From the IMG/VR virus record IMGVR_UViG_3300033141_004351: DNA of 64,000 nt; one strand, written 5' to 3'. This DNA comes from an uncultured virus (IMG/VR IMGVR_UViG_3300033141_004351). Its lineage: Duplodnaviria; Heunggongvirae; Uroviricota; Caudoviricetes. Under the pieces are notes generated by a model that saw only the letters and a program-made list of their open reading frames with translations, had not been told where the DNA came from and ran no database searches. The position numbers and the translations under genes are program-made. Below are positions 45,886 through 55,643 of this stretch, piece after piece. How positions within the stretch are numbered: position 1 is the stretch's first letter; each line of letters begins with the position of its first letter.

Positions 45886-46327
45886 CCCTAAGCCGCCTTC
45901 TGTGCCCCTGGGCCAGTGGTCAAGGTCGATAATAATCGATCCAAAAAGGGATGATCTGCTGGCTATTTTTAAGGAAAAGAAGGTTGAGTTCTATCCGGAA
46001 GTGGGTAATTTTGCATATTGTCCCACCAAAGAGTCGTACTTGACTGTTATGAGTGCCGGGATTAAGAGGGAAGGGTCTAAGGCCGAGTTATTCCAGTCTG
46101 AGATTGGTGCGCTGGTAGCCTGGGATAACACTATACGGAAGATAATCTCCGGTTTGAACGGGAAATTGACGGTTTTCTGGCGAAAAATGCCGGAAATGAG
46201 GTTTTTTGAACCATTTGAGGGGAATTATCAGCGCTGGACGGTATATTCAAGGTTTAGGATTTCGAATTTAAAGATTGTTCAAAGCGCAAATTATAAGGAT
46301 GTAAACTTTAAAGAGATGGGAGGATAG
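45863..46327 (+). CDS. Hypothetical protein
   Basis: 154 aa; AAGG RBS. Confidence 0.65.
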   Translation: MDKSTIIDPKPPSVPLGQWSRSIIIDPKRDDLLAIFKEKKVEFYPEVGNFAYCPTKESYLTVMSAGIKREGSKAELFQSEIGALVAWDNTIRKIISGLNGKLTVFWRKMPEMRFFEPFEGNYQRWTVYSRFRISNLKIVQSANYKDVNFKEMGG

Positions 46328-46330
46328 ATT

Positions 46331-46489
46331 ATGGATATTTTAATTTCTTTTTTGGTGGGCGTGGTAGCAGCTACAGTTGTGTGGTTTCTGATCGCCCGAA
46401 ACAACAAGAAGCACGTCACGGATATTTTAAATTTGGATCCCAGGGCTAAATGGGGCGAGATCCTAAAAAAGATTCGCGAAAAACTATAG
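46331..46489 (+). CDS. Small membrane protein (52 aa, not in the track)
   Basis: GGAGG RBS; MDILISFLVGVVAATVVWFLIARNNKK... Confidence 0.65.
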   Translation: MDILISFLVGVVAATVVWFLIARNNKKHVTDILNLDPRAKWGEILKKIREKL

Positions 46490-46553
46490 TATCGGCTCTA
46501 TTTTACGGAGCTTTTCTTTTTTCTAATAACTTTTTTTCTAATTGGAGGGCATT

Positions 46554-46949
46554 ATGGGTGACACTCATTTATCAGGACCGCTGCTCGTAGAGGCTGGAAT
46601 AGAAGGTGCGAGGTTGTTTGCAACTGAAGGTGTGAAGAAGGTAGCAACGGTATATGCTGCTAATGTGGCTTTGGGCGATGTGGACTTTCCGACCGATTAT
46701 ATTGAGCTGGATGGGACTCTTGCTGCTGTCGGGATTACCGAATTTACCCCGACGCCCGGCAAGACGTACGTTTTTGTATGCTCAAACTCTACTGAGGCGA
46801 CGACACTAACGGCTTCTTCCGGTGTAACGTTGGACGGGACTAACGATGTGGTGACTTTTGTGGCCGCAAACGATATTCTGGTATTGTTTGCAGTTTCTGC
46901 GACCAAATGTTTGGTTGTGGCTAATCCGCAGACGCTGACATTCAGTTAA
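46554..46949 (+). CDS. Putative virion structural protein
   Basis: GGAGG RBS; MGDTHLSGP N-terminus; beta-rich T/A/V composition. Confidence 0.6.
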   Translation: MGDTHLSGPLLVEAGIEGARLFATEGVKKVATVYAANVALGDVDFPTDYIELDGTLAAVGITEFTPTPGKTYVFVCSNSTEATTLTASSGVTLDGTNDVVTFVAANDILVLFAVSATKCLVVANPQTLTFS

Positions 46950-46950
46950 A

Positions 46951-47289
46951 ATGAAGCGTTACGGGGCTATACTGGCAATTTTAGGATCTCTGGTTGTCCT
47001 GGGATCCGTGGTGGTGGGCGCTTATACTCAATTTACGACGAAAGAGCGCCACGTTTTAGATCACCAGGCCCAACAACTGGAAATTGCCGGTGTTTCGTTA
47101 TTCCAACAGCAGGTCAGCACCCAGCAGCAGATTAAATGGTTGGAACAGGATCTTAGGGAATATTATAGAAAGTACGGGAAACCACCGTATTCTGATCCCG
47201 AGGTCCAGCTTGACTATGAAAAACTGAAGCGGGATCTGGACGACGAAAGAGCTGCCCTGCGGGATATACGCAATAAGATTAAAAAATAA
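46951..47289 (+). CDS. Membrane-anchored coiled-coil protein
   Basis: N-terminal transmembrane helix plus helical domain. Confidence 0.65.
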   Translation: MKRYGAILAILGSLVVLGSVVVGAYTQFTTKERHVLDHQAQQLEIAGVSLFQQQVSTQQQIKWLEQDLREYYRKYGKPPYSDPEVQLDYEKLKRDLDDERAALRDIRNKIKK

Positions 47290-47300
47290 AGGAGCGCATA

Positions 47301-47522
47301 ATGCATATAAATGATAAAGATGATAACTGGCAACATCGATCAGAGCGTATGCGTTGCAGCACTTGTATGTGGTGGGTTAAAAAAAGCTCTCTTTCTGAAA
47401 ATCCTACCACCGGGGCAGAAATCGGTCGTTGTCGCAAAGGGGCACCAACGATGTGCGGATGGCCGGTATTATTTGCTACCGACTGGTGTGGGCAGCACAA
47501 ATTGGACGAAACTAAAATATAG
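47301..47522 (+). CDS. Cys-rich hypothetical protein
   Basis: CSTC...GRCRKGAP...WP...DWCGQH; AAGGAG RBS. Confidence 0.7.
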   Translation: MHINDKDDNWQHRSERMRCSTCMWWVKKSSLSENPTTGAEIGRCRKGAPTMCGWPVLFATDWCGQHKLDETKI

Positions 47523-47533
47523 GAGATTAACCT

Positions 47534-47761
47534 ATGGGTTATGACGTAAAAGCCTGGCTGTCGAATAAAATTTTTGGCGGCGGCGAAAGGGGCGAGGATC
47601 CCCAGGAGGGTGTTTCCGGGTATATGAAGCCCAAGGCCGGTGTGACAAGGAAGTTGGACGAGGCTGGCGATATTAGCGGGCCTCCTCCGCGCAGAGGCGA
47701 CACTGATGGCGATTATGATACATACACTGAAGACCGCAACCTGGATGAAGACGAAGATTAA
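47534..47761 (+). CDS. Acidic hypothetical protein
   Basis: 75 aa; AGGAG RBS. Confidence 0.6.
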   Translation: MGYDVKAWLSNKIFGGGERGEDPQEGVSGYMKPKAGVTRKLDEAGDISGPPPRRGDTDGDYDTYTEDRNLDEDED

Positions 47762-47979
47762 TGCGAGGGATTAGCCTTTATTTACATAATGGGCAACCGC
47801 GGCAGCTTCAACGAGTGTCGGCATCCCTGAAACCGGCTGTTGGACTGTATGAAATAAAAAAGTCAGCGCCAGCGGGAAGTTTAGCCAGTCGAAAAGCTCT
47901 GGCCCCAAAACGACAGTCGAGGGCGAAACGTAGCCAGACTGGAGCTTTGCCTGGCTGGCATCGTAAACGGAAGTGGTAA
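47761..47979 (+). CDS. Basic hypothetical protein
   Basis: 72 aa; TAATG coupling. Confidence 0.5.
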   Translation: MRGISLYLHNGQPRQLQRVSASLKPAVGLYEIKKSAPAGSLASRKALAPKRQSRAKRSQTGALPGWHRKRKW

Positions 47980-47980
47980 T

Positions 47981-48247
47981 ATGGGCAAAATAGAACATCT
48001 TGACATTTTTGATAAAACCGGATTCAGAAAGAATGTCGCGGATTTCGTTAAGGAATATGATTCGGACAATCTTGAGGCCATAGCCATTATGTACCGGCGC
48101 AAAGATGGCAGTATCCGAACTTACTGGAATGGCAATCCAGGGGAAATGTTGATTTTAAATGCAATCTTTAAAAGAGATGTTGTTGAAGACCGGTTTCCGG
48201 TTGATGACAACGCTTCTATCGATTTTGACAGTATGGACGAAGAATAA
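47981..48247 (+). CDS. Hypothetical protein
   Basis: 88 aa, coupled to terL. Confidence 0.65.
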   Translation: MGKIEHLDIFDKTGFRKNVADFVKEYDSDNLEAIAIMYRRKDGSIRTYWNGNPGEMLILNAIFKRDVVEDRFPVDDNASIDFDSMDEE

Positions 48248-49725
48248 TGGGTGAACCTGCTATCCAAATAGATCCAATGCAGCGTAAAAAACTGCGGATC
48301 GAACAGAAAATTGCCAAGGCTAAGACGCGACAAGCTTTGGCATTGCAGGGACAAATTCGGTATCGCAAAGAAAACGAGATCGAGTTTTTTATCAGGCCCA
48401 ATCCGCGCCAGGAGGAATTGCTGGAAGCCTGGACCCATCCGAGCTTTAAGGTTTTTACGTTTACCGGTGGCAATCGTCTGGGGAAAACGACAATCGGTAC
48501 GATTATTGCGATAGCAACTATGAGAGGTCGCTGGCCATGGAACAACCTGAAACTGCCATTCATGCACAATCAAATCAGGAAGATCAGATATGTTGGTCAG
48601 GACTGGGAAAAGCATATTCGCAGCGTTATTATACCGGCGCTTAAAAAATGGTGGCCCAGTCGGGTTCCCGTTAAGGTTCTCAAAAATCAGCACGGAATTG
48701 AAGCTTACTGGGAAGATCTGGACAATGGGTCTACGCTGGAGGTAATGAGCAACAAGCAGGATGTGGAACTTCACGAAGGTTGGGAGGGAGATCTTATAGT
48801 TTACGATGAACCGCCCAAGCGTAATATTCGGGTGGCCAATGCTCGTGGATTGATTGATCGCCAGGGGCGTGAGCTGTTTTGTGCCACACTTCTTAAAGAG
48901 GCATGGATCGATAAAGAGGTTATTAAAAAGAAGCTGGAGGACGGACGACCAGATCCCACTGTGTTTAATGTGCATGGTGAAATCTATGACAATGTGGGTT
49001 TTGGATTAACTTCCCAGGGTGTGGCTGATTTTGAGTCAAAGCTTAATCCGGAAGAAAAAGAAGCTCGGCTAAAAGGTATTCCGAGCTATATGTCCGGGCT
49101 GATCGCCAAAAGTTATAATCGCCAACGCAATGTGGTTGAACCTTTTACCATCCCAACGAACTGGTTGGTTGATATTGGGATCGATACTCACCCGCGCAAA
49201 CCGCAGGCACTTTTATTTATGGCTACGGATGAAAGAAATTTCAGGTACCTGTTTCATGAAATCTGGGATCCGGGTAGTGGTCACGATATCGGGGACTGGA
49301 TTGTCAGGATTATGAAAAGACGTGTACTGCGAATTAATCGAATTATCTGTGATCCACTTGCCAAGGGAGATCCCAATAACGACAATACGACCTTTGATAA
49401 AATTGCCGAAAAACTTTTTCCCTATGATATTATTCTGGAAACTGCTACAAAGGATAAAGACTCTGGAATTATCGAGATGAATGACCACTTGCTGGGTCCA
49501 AACAAAATGCCCAGTTTGTTTATATTCAATACGCTTATCCGCACTATTGACGAAATCGAGGGTTGGATGTATGGTGATGACGGAAAGCCGGTTAAAGAAG
49601 ATGACGATTTTATGGAAAATCTGTATCGGATGCTTTTGTTGGATACGGAGTATGTGCCACCCGAAGATGAAGTTGACGAAGAAGAAGCAGATAACGATAC
49701 TATTAACCCAATAACGGGGTATTAA
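48247..49725 (+). CDS. terL: Terminase large subunit
   Basis: PNPRQ, Walker A TGGNRLGKT, Walker B LIVYDE, nuclease IGIDTH and DDFMEN. Confidence 0.93.
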   Translation: MGEPAIQIDPMQRKKLRIEQKIAKAKTRQALALQGQIRYRKENEIEFFIRPNPRQEELLEAWTHPSFKVFTFTGGNRLGKTTIGTIIAIATMRGRWPWNNLKLPFMHNQIRKIRYVGQDWEKHIRSVIIPALKKWWPSRVPVKVLKNQHGIEAYWEDLDNGSTLEVMSNKQDVELHEGWEGDLIVYDEPPKRNIRVANARGLIDRQGRELFCATLLKEAWIDKEVIKKKLEDGRPDPTVFNVHGEIYDNVGFGLTSQGVADFESKLNPEEKEARLKGIPSYMSGLIAKSYNRQRNVVEPFTIPTNWLVDIGIDTHPRKPQALLFMATDERNFRYLFHEIWDPGSGHDIGDWIVRIMKRRVLRINRIICDPLAKGDPNNDNTTFDKIAEKLFPYDIILETATKDKDSGIIEMNDHLLGPNKMPSLFIFNTLIRTIDEIEGWMYGDDGKPVKEDDDFMENLYRMLLLDTEYVPPEDEVDEEEADNDTINPITGY

Positions 49726-49727
49726 TA

Positions 49728-51917
49728 ATGCCAGCTGCAACAACCACCAGGAATCCAATGGATACAAGCCAGCTTCCAACAGAAGATGTGCCGATAGAAG
49801 AAGCCGAGCTGCCTTCACACGAAGGTGTTGATATTTTAGATATGATGCTTCAGGCGGAAAATGTTGCCGAGGAGCTAACCGAGACTGAACTTTTAACCAT
49901 TGGCCGTACAGTGAAAGACGAATATCAGATCGACAAAGACTCAAGATCCGACTGGGAAAAACGGATGGTAGATGCCCTGAAGCTGGCACGCCAGCTGAGA
50001 GCGACAAAAACCTGGGGCGGAGAAGTAACCTCAAATATTAAATACCCGTTAATTTCTACAGCCTGTATTCAGTTTTCATCCAGAGCCTATGGTAATATTG
50101 TTAAGGGTGAAGATTACGTTAAGGTTAATGTGTTCGGAGCTGACGAAAGCGGAGAGAAGAAAAAACGGGCAGAGCGCGTGAGGGTTCATATGAACGCCCA
50201 GCTGTCGGCTGCCACTACCGGATGGGAAGACGAGATGGACCAGTTGTTGATTTCCATGCCGCTTTTAGGCTGTGCCTTCAAGAAAACCTATCGAAACTTT
50301 ATCGATAACACTACAATTTCCGAATATGTGGATCCTGAACAGCTGATAGTTAACTATTGGGCTAAGTCTATGGAGACGGCTCCCAGGGCTACGCATGTTG
50401 TTGAGTTGACCAAAAACAGCTATTTAGAGCATACTCGATCCGGTTTATGGCGTGACGCTGGCATTGAGAATAAACAACCGGATACCTCTGAAGATGAAAA
50501 GAAAAATAAAAATGATAATGTTCAGGATACTGAAGCTACCTATATATTTTTAGAGCAACACCGTTGGCTGGATCTGGACGGTGACGGTTATAAAGAGCCC
50601 TATATTGTAACAATTCATAAAGCGTCACAGGAAGTGATGCGGATTGTTCCGCGCTTTAGAGCGACTTCTGTTCTTCGCAATTCCAACAATGAAATCATTA
50701 AGATTATACCTGATCAGTATTTTACCCGTTATCTTTTCTTTCCGGACTTTGATGCTAACTTTTATGGTCTGGGTTTCGGAATCCTGCTTTCTCCAGTCAA
50801 TGAAACCGTTAATTCAATTATAAACCAGTTGCTTGACTCTGGTACAATTCAAAATCGCCAGTCCGGCTTTATTAATCGCGGAATCCGCTTAATGAAAGCC
50901 GGTGGATCAGGATCGGTTAAATTTAAAGCTGGTGAATGGAAATTTATTAAATCCGCAGGAGACGACCTGCGTAAAAGCATTTTCCCCCTGCCTACCAAAG
51001 AGCCGTCGGCTACGCTGTTTCAATTGTTAGGACTAATGTTAGAGGCCGCCAAGGACCTGGCCTCACAAGCAGAAGTTCTGTCGGGAGAGCAGCGTCAGCC
51101 GAATGTGCCCGCTACCACTACTCTGGCATTGATCGAGCAGGGGCTTAAGGTTTTTTCTTCAATTTATAAAAGGATTCATCGAGCGCTGAAAAGTGAATTT
51201 ATTAAAATTCAACGCTTGAACATGCTTTATACCACCCCTGAAGAATATAATCGGATTCTTGATCTTTACGACGAAGGGGAATTTGATCCCAGGATTGATT
51301 ATGATCCTTCCGATCTGGACATTGGACCGGTAAGTTCCACAGCTGATGTTTCCGATACTCAAAAAATTATAAAGGCTGAAGCCTTGATGCAGGTTATGGG
51401 CAAGGGCCTGGACGACCAGAAAATCCTGTATCGATATTTAGACGCGATTCAGATAGATAACTGGAAAGAGTTAATACCTGAAGAACCGCCACCCAATATT
51501 CCTTTAATTATGCACCAACAGCAGATGTCTATCGAAATGGCCAAGGTTCAACAGGCCGAAAGAAAGCTGGACTTAGAGGAAAAAGAGGTAATGATAAAAG
51601 ATGCTGAGACCTTTTACAAAATGGTCAAGCTTCAGGCAGAGGCAGTTAAAGCTATGGCCCTGGCCGAAGCGGCAGAGATGGGGCCACAGATAGAAGAATA
51701 TAAAACACAGGTCGGTCATTTGGCCGCTGTGATTAATGCTAAAAGGGTGGATCTGGAAGCAGATCTTAAAAAGAAACAATACGAGGATCAACAGCGCAGA
51801 GAAGCGCAGCAAGGTGGTGGCCAACAGGGTGCCGGAGAAGGACAGCCGATGCCACCAGGAGGCATGCCACAGCAAGGAGGAGCAGGTGCAGCAGTCCAAC
51901 CAGGAGGAGCTATCTAA
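49728..51917 (+). CDS. Portal protein with long C-terminal coiled coil (P22-like)
   Basis: 729 aa directly after terL; DKDSRSDW, GCAFKK, FYGLGFG, ATTTLALIEQG; Q/G/P-rich tail. Confidence 0.88.
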   Translation: MPAATTTRNPMDTSQLPTEDVPIEEAELPSHEGVDILDMMLQAENVAEELTETELLTIGRTVKDEYQIDKDSRSDWEKRMVDALKLARQLRATKTWGGEVTSNIKYPLISTACIQFSSRAYGNIVKGEDYVKVNVFGADESGEKKKRAERVRVHMNAQLSAATTGWEDEMDQLLISMPLLGCAFKKTYRNFIDNTTISEYVDPEQLIVNYWAKSMETAPRATHVVELTKNSYLEHTRSGLWRDAGIENKQPDTSEDEKKNKNDNVQDTEATYIFLEQHRWLDLDGDGYKEPYIVTIHKASQEVMRIVPRFRATSVLRNSNNEIIKIIPDQYFTRYLFFPDFDANFYGLGFGILLSPVNETVNSIINQLLDSGTIQNRQSGFINRGIRLMKAGGSGSVKFKAGEWKFIKSAGDDLRKSIFPLPTKEPSATLFQLLGLMLEAAKDLASQAEVLSGEQRQPNVPATTTLALIEQGLKVFSSIYKRIHRALKSEFIKIQRLNMLYTTPEEYNRILDLYDEGEFDPRIDYDPSDLDIGPVSSTADVSDTQKIIKAEALMQVMGKGLDDQKILYRYLDAIQIDNWKELIPEEPPPNIPLIMHQQQMSIEMAKVQQAERKLDLEEKEVMIKDAETFYKMVKLQAEAVKAMALAEAAEMGPQIEEYKTQVGHLAAVINAKRVDLEADLKKKQYEDQQRREAQQGGGQQGAGEGQPMPPGGMPQQGGAGAAVQPGGAI

Positions 51918-52152
51918 GGAAAGTTTCGGTTTGTGGAAAACACTGCCGATCACAAACGAGATTCTTAAAGGACTTCGGGAAGAAAAGCGTCTATTACAGA
52001 TAACGCTTAGTACCGGCCAATCTCTTTTGGGTGACGCTGGAGCCACAGCTGAAAAGACAGCCGAGTTAGTCGGCATGATTAAGGGGATTGATTTAGTGTT
52101 AAATATTGAATATGAGGATGGGGAAGGAGGAACTTATGGATTGTCCGATTGA
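51886..52152 (+). CDS. Small head-module protein
   Basis: AGGAGG RBS plus GTG inside the portal 3' end; SKESFGLWKTLPIT...GMIKGID. Confidence 0.65.
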   Translation: MQQSNQEELSKESFGLWKTLPITNEILKGLREEKRLLQITLSTGQSLLGDAGATAEKTAELVGMIKGIDLVLNIEYEDGEGGTYGLSD

Positions 52153-52486
52153 TCCGGAAGGAACTAAGGTAGTGATTGTGCCCGACAAGGTTGGGGAAAA
52201 GACAGCCGGTGGGCTTATTATTGTACCATCAGGTACACGGCAGCAGGAGCAAAACGCTGTTACCCAGGGTACGCTGGTGGCCATTGGCCCCAGAGCTGAA
52301 ATCTGTTGGAATAACGGAGATGGCAAGGAGATAGCGGCAAAGATAGGCGATAGGGTTATTTATGCCAGATACGGTGGCACGCAGTTTAACTGGGGGAAGA
52401 AGACTTTTCAACTTCTTCAGGACCAGGATGTAGTGGGCAAAATGCTGGAAGAACCGCCAGCCGTTGATCTTGTCTTAAAACAATAA
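52136..52486 (+). CDS. groES: GroES-like co-chaperonin
   Basis: PEGTKVVI...EKTAGGLIIVP...GTLVAIGP...KIGDRVIYARYGG...LLQDQDVVG. Confidence 0.9.
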   Translation: MDCPIDPEGTKVVIVPDKVGEKTAGGLIIVPSGTRQQEQNAVTQGTLVAIGPRAEICWNNGDGKEIAAKIGDRVIYARYGGTQFNWGKKTFQLLQDQDVVGKMLEEPPAVDLVLKQ

Positions 52487-52498
52487 AGGAGAGGAATT

Positions 52499-53419
52499 AT
52501 GGATGGATTACAAGGAGAAGCAGCGCCGGAGGTTATAGTTACTACCGGCGACAAACCCCTTGCCGGAGACGGCACTGGGGTGCAAAAAGAAGCAGGGGGT
52601 GGAGAGAAACAGTATGGTGAAGTCGAGGTTCTGGCAATGAAGATGGGTTGGAATCCGGAGCATGACGAAAACTCCGGTAGACCATTTAAGAGCGCTGATC
52701 AGTATATCATAGATTCAAAACAGATCCAGGATACTACCGTAAAGACGCTCAATTCTTTAAAGGCCACTAACGAGGAACTGGTGGCTGGTATGCAGAACTT
52801 AAAGACGACCTATACTAAAGTTGCTAAAGTAGAACAGGCCAGAATCGACAACGAGATTGCAAATCTTAAGGAAAAGCGGGATGTGCATATCGAAAATTCT
52901 GACAAGGGGAAAGTCAAAGAAGTCGATGGCCAAATTGAAAATTTGCAAAAATCGAAAAAAGACATGGACGAGCCGGCTGCACAGCAGCAAGCTCAGCAAC
53001 AGACAGGAACGGGAGACTTTAAAGCAAAATCCGCACAGTGGATGGCTGAAAACTCCTGGTACGGCAAAAATACAGAGATGACAAACTATATAGATGCTCA
53101 AAGTGAGCGCTTTAGAGGTTTGCCGGACGATACTTATTTTGAGAAACTGTCCGAAGTTGCCATAACCATGTTTCCAGAAGCATTTAAAGGAAAAGCTTTG
53201 TCAGGCCAGAAGGTAGTTACTGGCCAGCAAAATCAGCAACAGACTGTAGTTGGTGGGCAGACCCGCCAAACCGGTCCTGGAGCTAAACAAAAATATACCA
53301 TTAATGATCTGTCGCCCGATCAGCAGAAGTTTGCCAGGTTTTATGAAAAACAAAAGGTGATGACAGTGCAGGAGTATGTGGACGAACAGGTCAAAATAGG
53401 TAACATCATAGGAAGGTAG
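52499..53419 (+). CDS. Putative capsid scaffolding protein
   Basis: 306 aa; MGWNP, coiled coil, ENSWY, terminal DLSPDQQKFA helix; lies between portal and capsid. Confidence 0.7.
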   Translation: MDGLQGEAAPEVIVTTGDKPLAGDGTGVQKEAGGGEKQYGEVEVLAMKMGWNPEHDENSGRPFKSADQYIIDSKQIQDTTVKTLNSLKATNEELVAGMQNLKTTYTKVAKVEQARIDNEIANLKEKRDVHIENSDKGKVKEVDGQIENLQKSKKDMDEPAAQQQAQQQTGTGDFKAKSAQWMAENSWYGKNTEMTNYIDAQSERFRGLPDDTYFEKLSEVAITMFPEAFKGKALSGQKVVTGQQNQQQTVVGGQTRQTGPGAKQKYTINDLSPDQQKFARFYEKQKVMTVQEYVDEQVKIGNIIGR

Positions 53420-53443
53420 CCGTAAAGACGGCGAGGAGGAATT

Positions 53444-54085
53444 GTGGACCAAGAAAACCAAGAACACAAAATAGTGCTTCGTACAAATGGCTTACCATTT
53501 GCCACAGCAAGGGCAGCGGATTTGCGTATTGCTGCTATGGCCAAGCAGGGTAAAGATTATCAGAGGATCCCCTGGACGGCGCAGGACGACGGAAAACCGG
53601 TTGAGGGCTATGCTCTTGAGCGTATTGATTCCGAAGTGCGTCGGAAAGAAAGGATCCCTGTAGGACAAAGGAATCGGCTAACAGCGCCGAGACGGCCAGG
53701 CTATAAACGCAGATTTGTGAATGTTCAACCAGGCAGAGTCCAAATGTTTGAGGATGCAGGATATCAGATGGTTACCGACCAAACTTATGATCCGGATAAT
53801 CCCGGGGTAATAAAGGCCGGAAGCCAACCGAGAGGAACGACACCACTTGGATCTGCGGTTGTAGAGGAAGTTGGCGGTGGTCAACAGGCTGTTTTAATGG
53901 AGATACGGGAAGACTGGTTCAATGAAGATCAGGCGAGAAAAGCAAGACGCCTGGACGAAATGGAAGCTCAAATTAAACGTAGACCTAAAAAAAATGGCCA
54001 CTATGGGAGTGTTAAAGCTGAATCAGCCATGACCCCTCCGCCGAAAGATGTGGCGGATATAGATATGGATCAGGGACATTTTTGA
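53444..54085 (+). CDS. Conserved head-module protein
   Basis: PGYKRRFVN...GY...LMEIREDWFNEDQ; GAGGAGG RBS with GTG start. Confidence 0.7.
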   Translation: MDQENQEHKIVLRTNGLPFATARAADLRIAAMAKQGKDYQRIPWTAQDDGKPVEGYALERIDSEVRRKERIPVGQRNRLTAPRRPGYKRRFVNVQPGRVQMFEDAGYQMVTDQTYDPDNPGVIKAGSQPRGTTPLGSAVVEEVGGGQQAVLMEIREDWFNEDQARKARRLDEMEAQIKRRPKKNGHYGSVKAESAMTPPPKDVADIDMDQGHF

Positions 54086-54131
54086 TTGTTTTATACTTTT
54101 GCAGCTGGCCGTGAAGTAGGAGGTAAAAATT

Positions 54132-54725
54132 ATGGCTAATATTGATCGTCCAAGAGGGCTACGTCCGGTCAAGCATATGAACGGAAATCCCTATAATGGC
54201 GAAATAAATCCTTACTTTGTGCCAGCATCCGATGCAGTAGCACTTTTCATTGGTGATCCGGTAACTCTTGCCGGAGCAGCCGATGCGTCAGGTAAATACC
54301 CCACTGTAAAACAAGCAGTGGCGGGTACGACCAACCTGATCGCCGGTGTTGTTATGGGCTTTGGTCTCACACCAGAGATCGCAGCTATGGTTAACAGCCT
54401 TGAAAAGCGCTATCGTCTTGCCAATGAAGATATGTATGTCTTTGTGGCAGACGACATGGATCTTATTTTTGAGATCCAGGAGGTCTCCGGAGGAACGGCA
54501 TTAACCGCTGCCCAAATCGGGAACAATGCACCGATTGTAGTTGGCAGTGGGAACGTTGACACGGGACTTTCCGGCGTAGAACTGAATAACGTCGGAGAGA
54601 CAGCTGCCACTGAACAGATCAGAATCTTACGCCTGGCACCAGGTTTGGATAATGAGCTGGGCGAACATGCCAAGTGGTGGGTATTTATTAACGAACACGC
54701 ATTTAACCAGGAGCTTGGGGTTTAA
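54132..54725 (+). CDS. Putative capsid decoration/minor capsid protein
   Basis: MANIDRPRGLRPV...FIGDPV; beta-rich; immediately before the major capsid gene. Confidence 0.7.
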   Translation: MANIDRPRGLRPVKHMNGNPYNGEINPYFVPASDAVALFIGDPVTLAGAADASGKYPTVKQAVAGTTNLIAGVVMGFGLTPEIAAMVNSLEKRYRLANEDMYVFVADDMDLIFEIQEVSGGTALTAAQIGNNAPIVVGSGNVDTGLSGVELNNVGETAATEQIRILRLAPGLDNELGEHAKWWVFINEHAFNQELGV

Positions 54726-54753
54726 CCTGGCGAACCGATAAGGGAGGTATGTT

Positions 54754-54798
54754 ATGCCTGTTATTACAACTGGATCATTCGCCAAGGACCTATGGCCT
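54754..54798 (+). CDS. Major capsid protein, exon 1 (MPVITTGSFAKDLWP)
   Basis: GGGAGG RBS; joins in frame to exon 2, giving ...KDLWP-GVNKWYG... Confidence 0.85.
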
Positions 54799-55643
54799 AA
54801 AACGTTGGGCCTTCAGATGGCAACATCTGTAGCAAATCCCTTTAATTCAGTGAAACTCCTAACGTAAAGACGAGGACAATACTGAGCGAAGCATGAAACG
54901 ATACGGAATCATATATAGGATTAAAAACAGGGTGAATGGTAAATCTTATTTTGGCCAGACTACCCAGGGTATAGCTCGCCGAAAAGGTGAGCATATTTAT
55001 CGTTTTAAATCCAAAGAGCGTGACCATAAGATATATTTAGCTTTTAAAAAATATGGTCTGGACGCATTTGATTTTCAAGTGTTTTGTAGTTGTTTCGACC
55101 AAGACGGTTTAAACACTACAGAAACGGCGATGATCAAAGAGTATGATACCTATCAAAACGGTTATAATATGACAATAGGTGGAGATTTTGTGAGTGATGA
55201 AACCAGGGAAAAGCTCAGAAAGATATTTACTGGGCGCAAGATTACCTGGGGACAAAAAATTTCAAAATCTAAAAAAGGGGTTCCAACCGGCAGAAATATG
55301 TCGGGTCGAAAAAGTCCCCGCCACAAAACCTTTATTATTACTGATCCCAATGGCGTTGAGCATGTTGCAATGGGATTAAGGCAATTTTGTCGGAGATGGA
55401 AACGCGACAAATTATTCCACAACAATCTATTGCAAGTAGCGATGGGTCGATGGAACCATTATAAAGGTTATAAATGCCGTTATCATGAACGTGCAACGAC
55501 TATTCCGCAAGGAAGTACGGCCAAGTGGCTGGAAACGGGGGAGGCCCTGAAACGGGCTGTGATATAGTCTGATCTGCATGGAAACATGCAGCTGCCGAAA
55601 GGCGGGGCAAGATTAGAGCGAATTTGCCTGAACATTATCAATG
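54799..55643 (+). ncRNA. Group I self-splicing intron (IA2-like), 845 nt
   Basis: P1 GGCCU/GGGCC with U-G at the 5' splice site; P10 AACGUU/GGCGUU; P2 CAGAUG-GCAA-CAUCUG; P4 UUCAGU/ACUGAG; P7 GACUA (55498)/UAGUC (55565); P7.1, P7.2, P8; P9 CUGCAUG-GAAA-CAUGCAG; terminal G at 55643. Confidence 0.92.
54893..55567 (+). CDS. Intron-encoded GIY-YIG homing endonuclease
   Basis: GIIYRIKNRVNGKSYFGQT, RRKGEH, GYNMTIGG, NUMOD3-like SDETREKL; inserted in L6. Confidence 0.9.
   Translation: MKRYGIIYRIKNRVNGKSYFGQTTQGIARRKGEHIYRFKSKERDHKIYLAFKKYGLDAFDFQVFCSCFDQDGLNTTETAMIKEYDTYQNGYNMTIGGDFVSDETREKLRKIFTGRKITWGQKISKSKKGVPTGRNMSGRKSPRHKTFIITDPNGVEHVAMGLRQFCRRWKRDKLFHNNLLQVAMGRWNHYKGYKCRYHERATTIPQGSTAKWLETGEALKRAVI

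Noticed and set aside
48121..50034. Long minus-strand ORFs (284 and 273 aa)
   Set aside because: Antisense shadows of terL and portal
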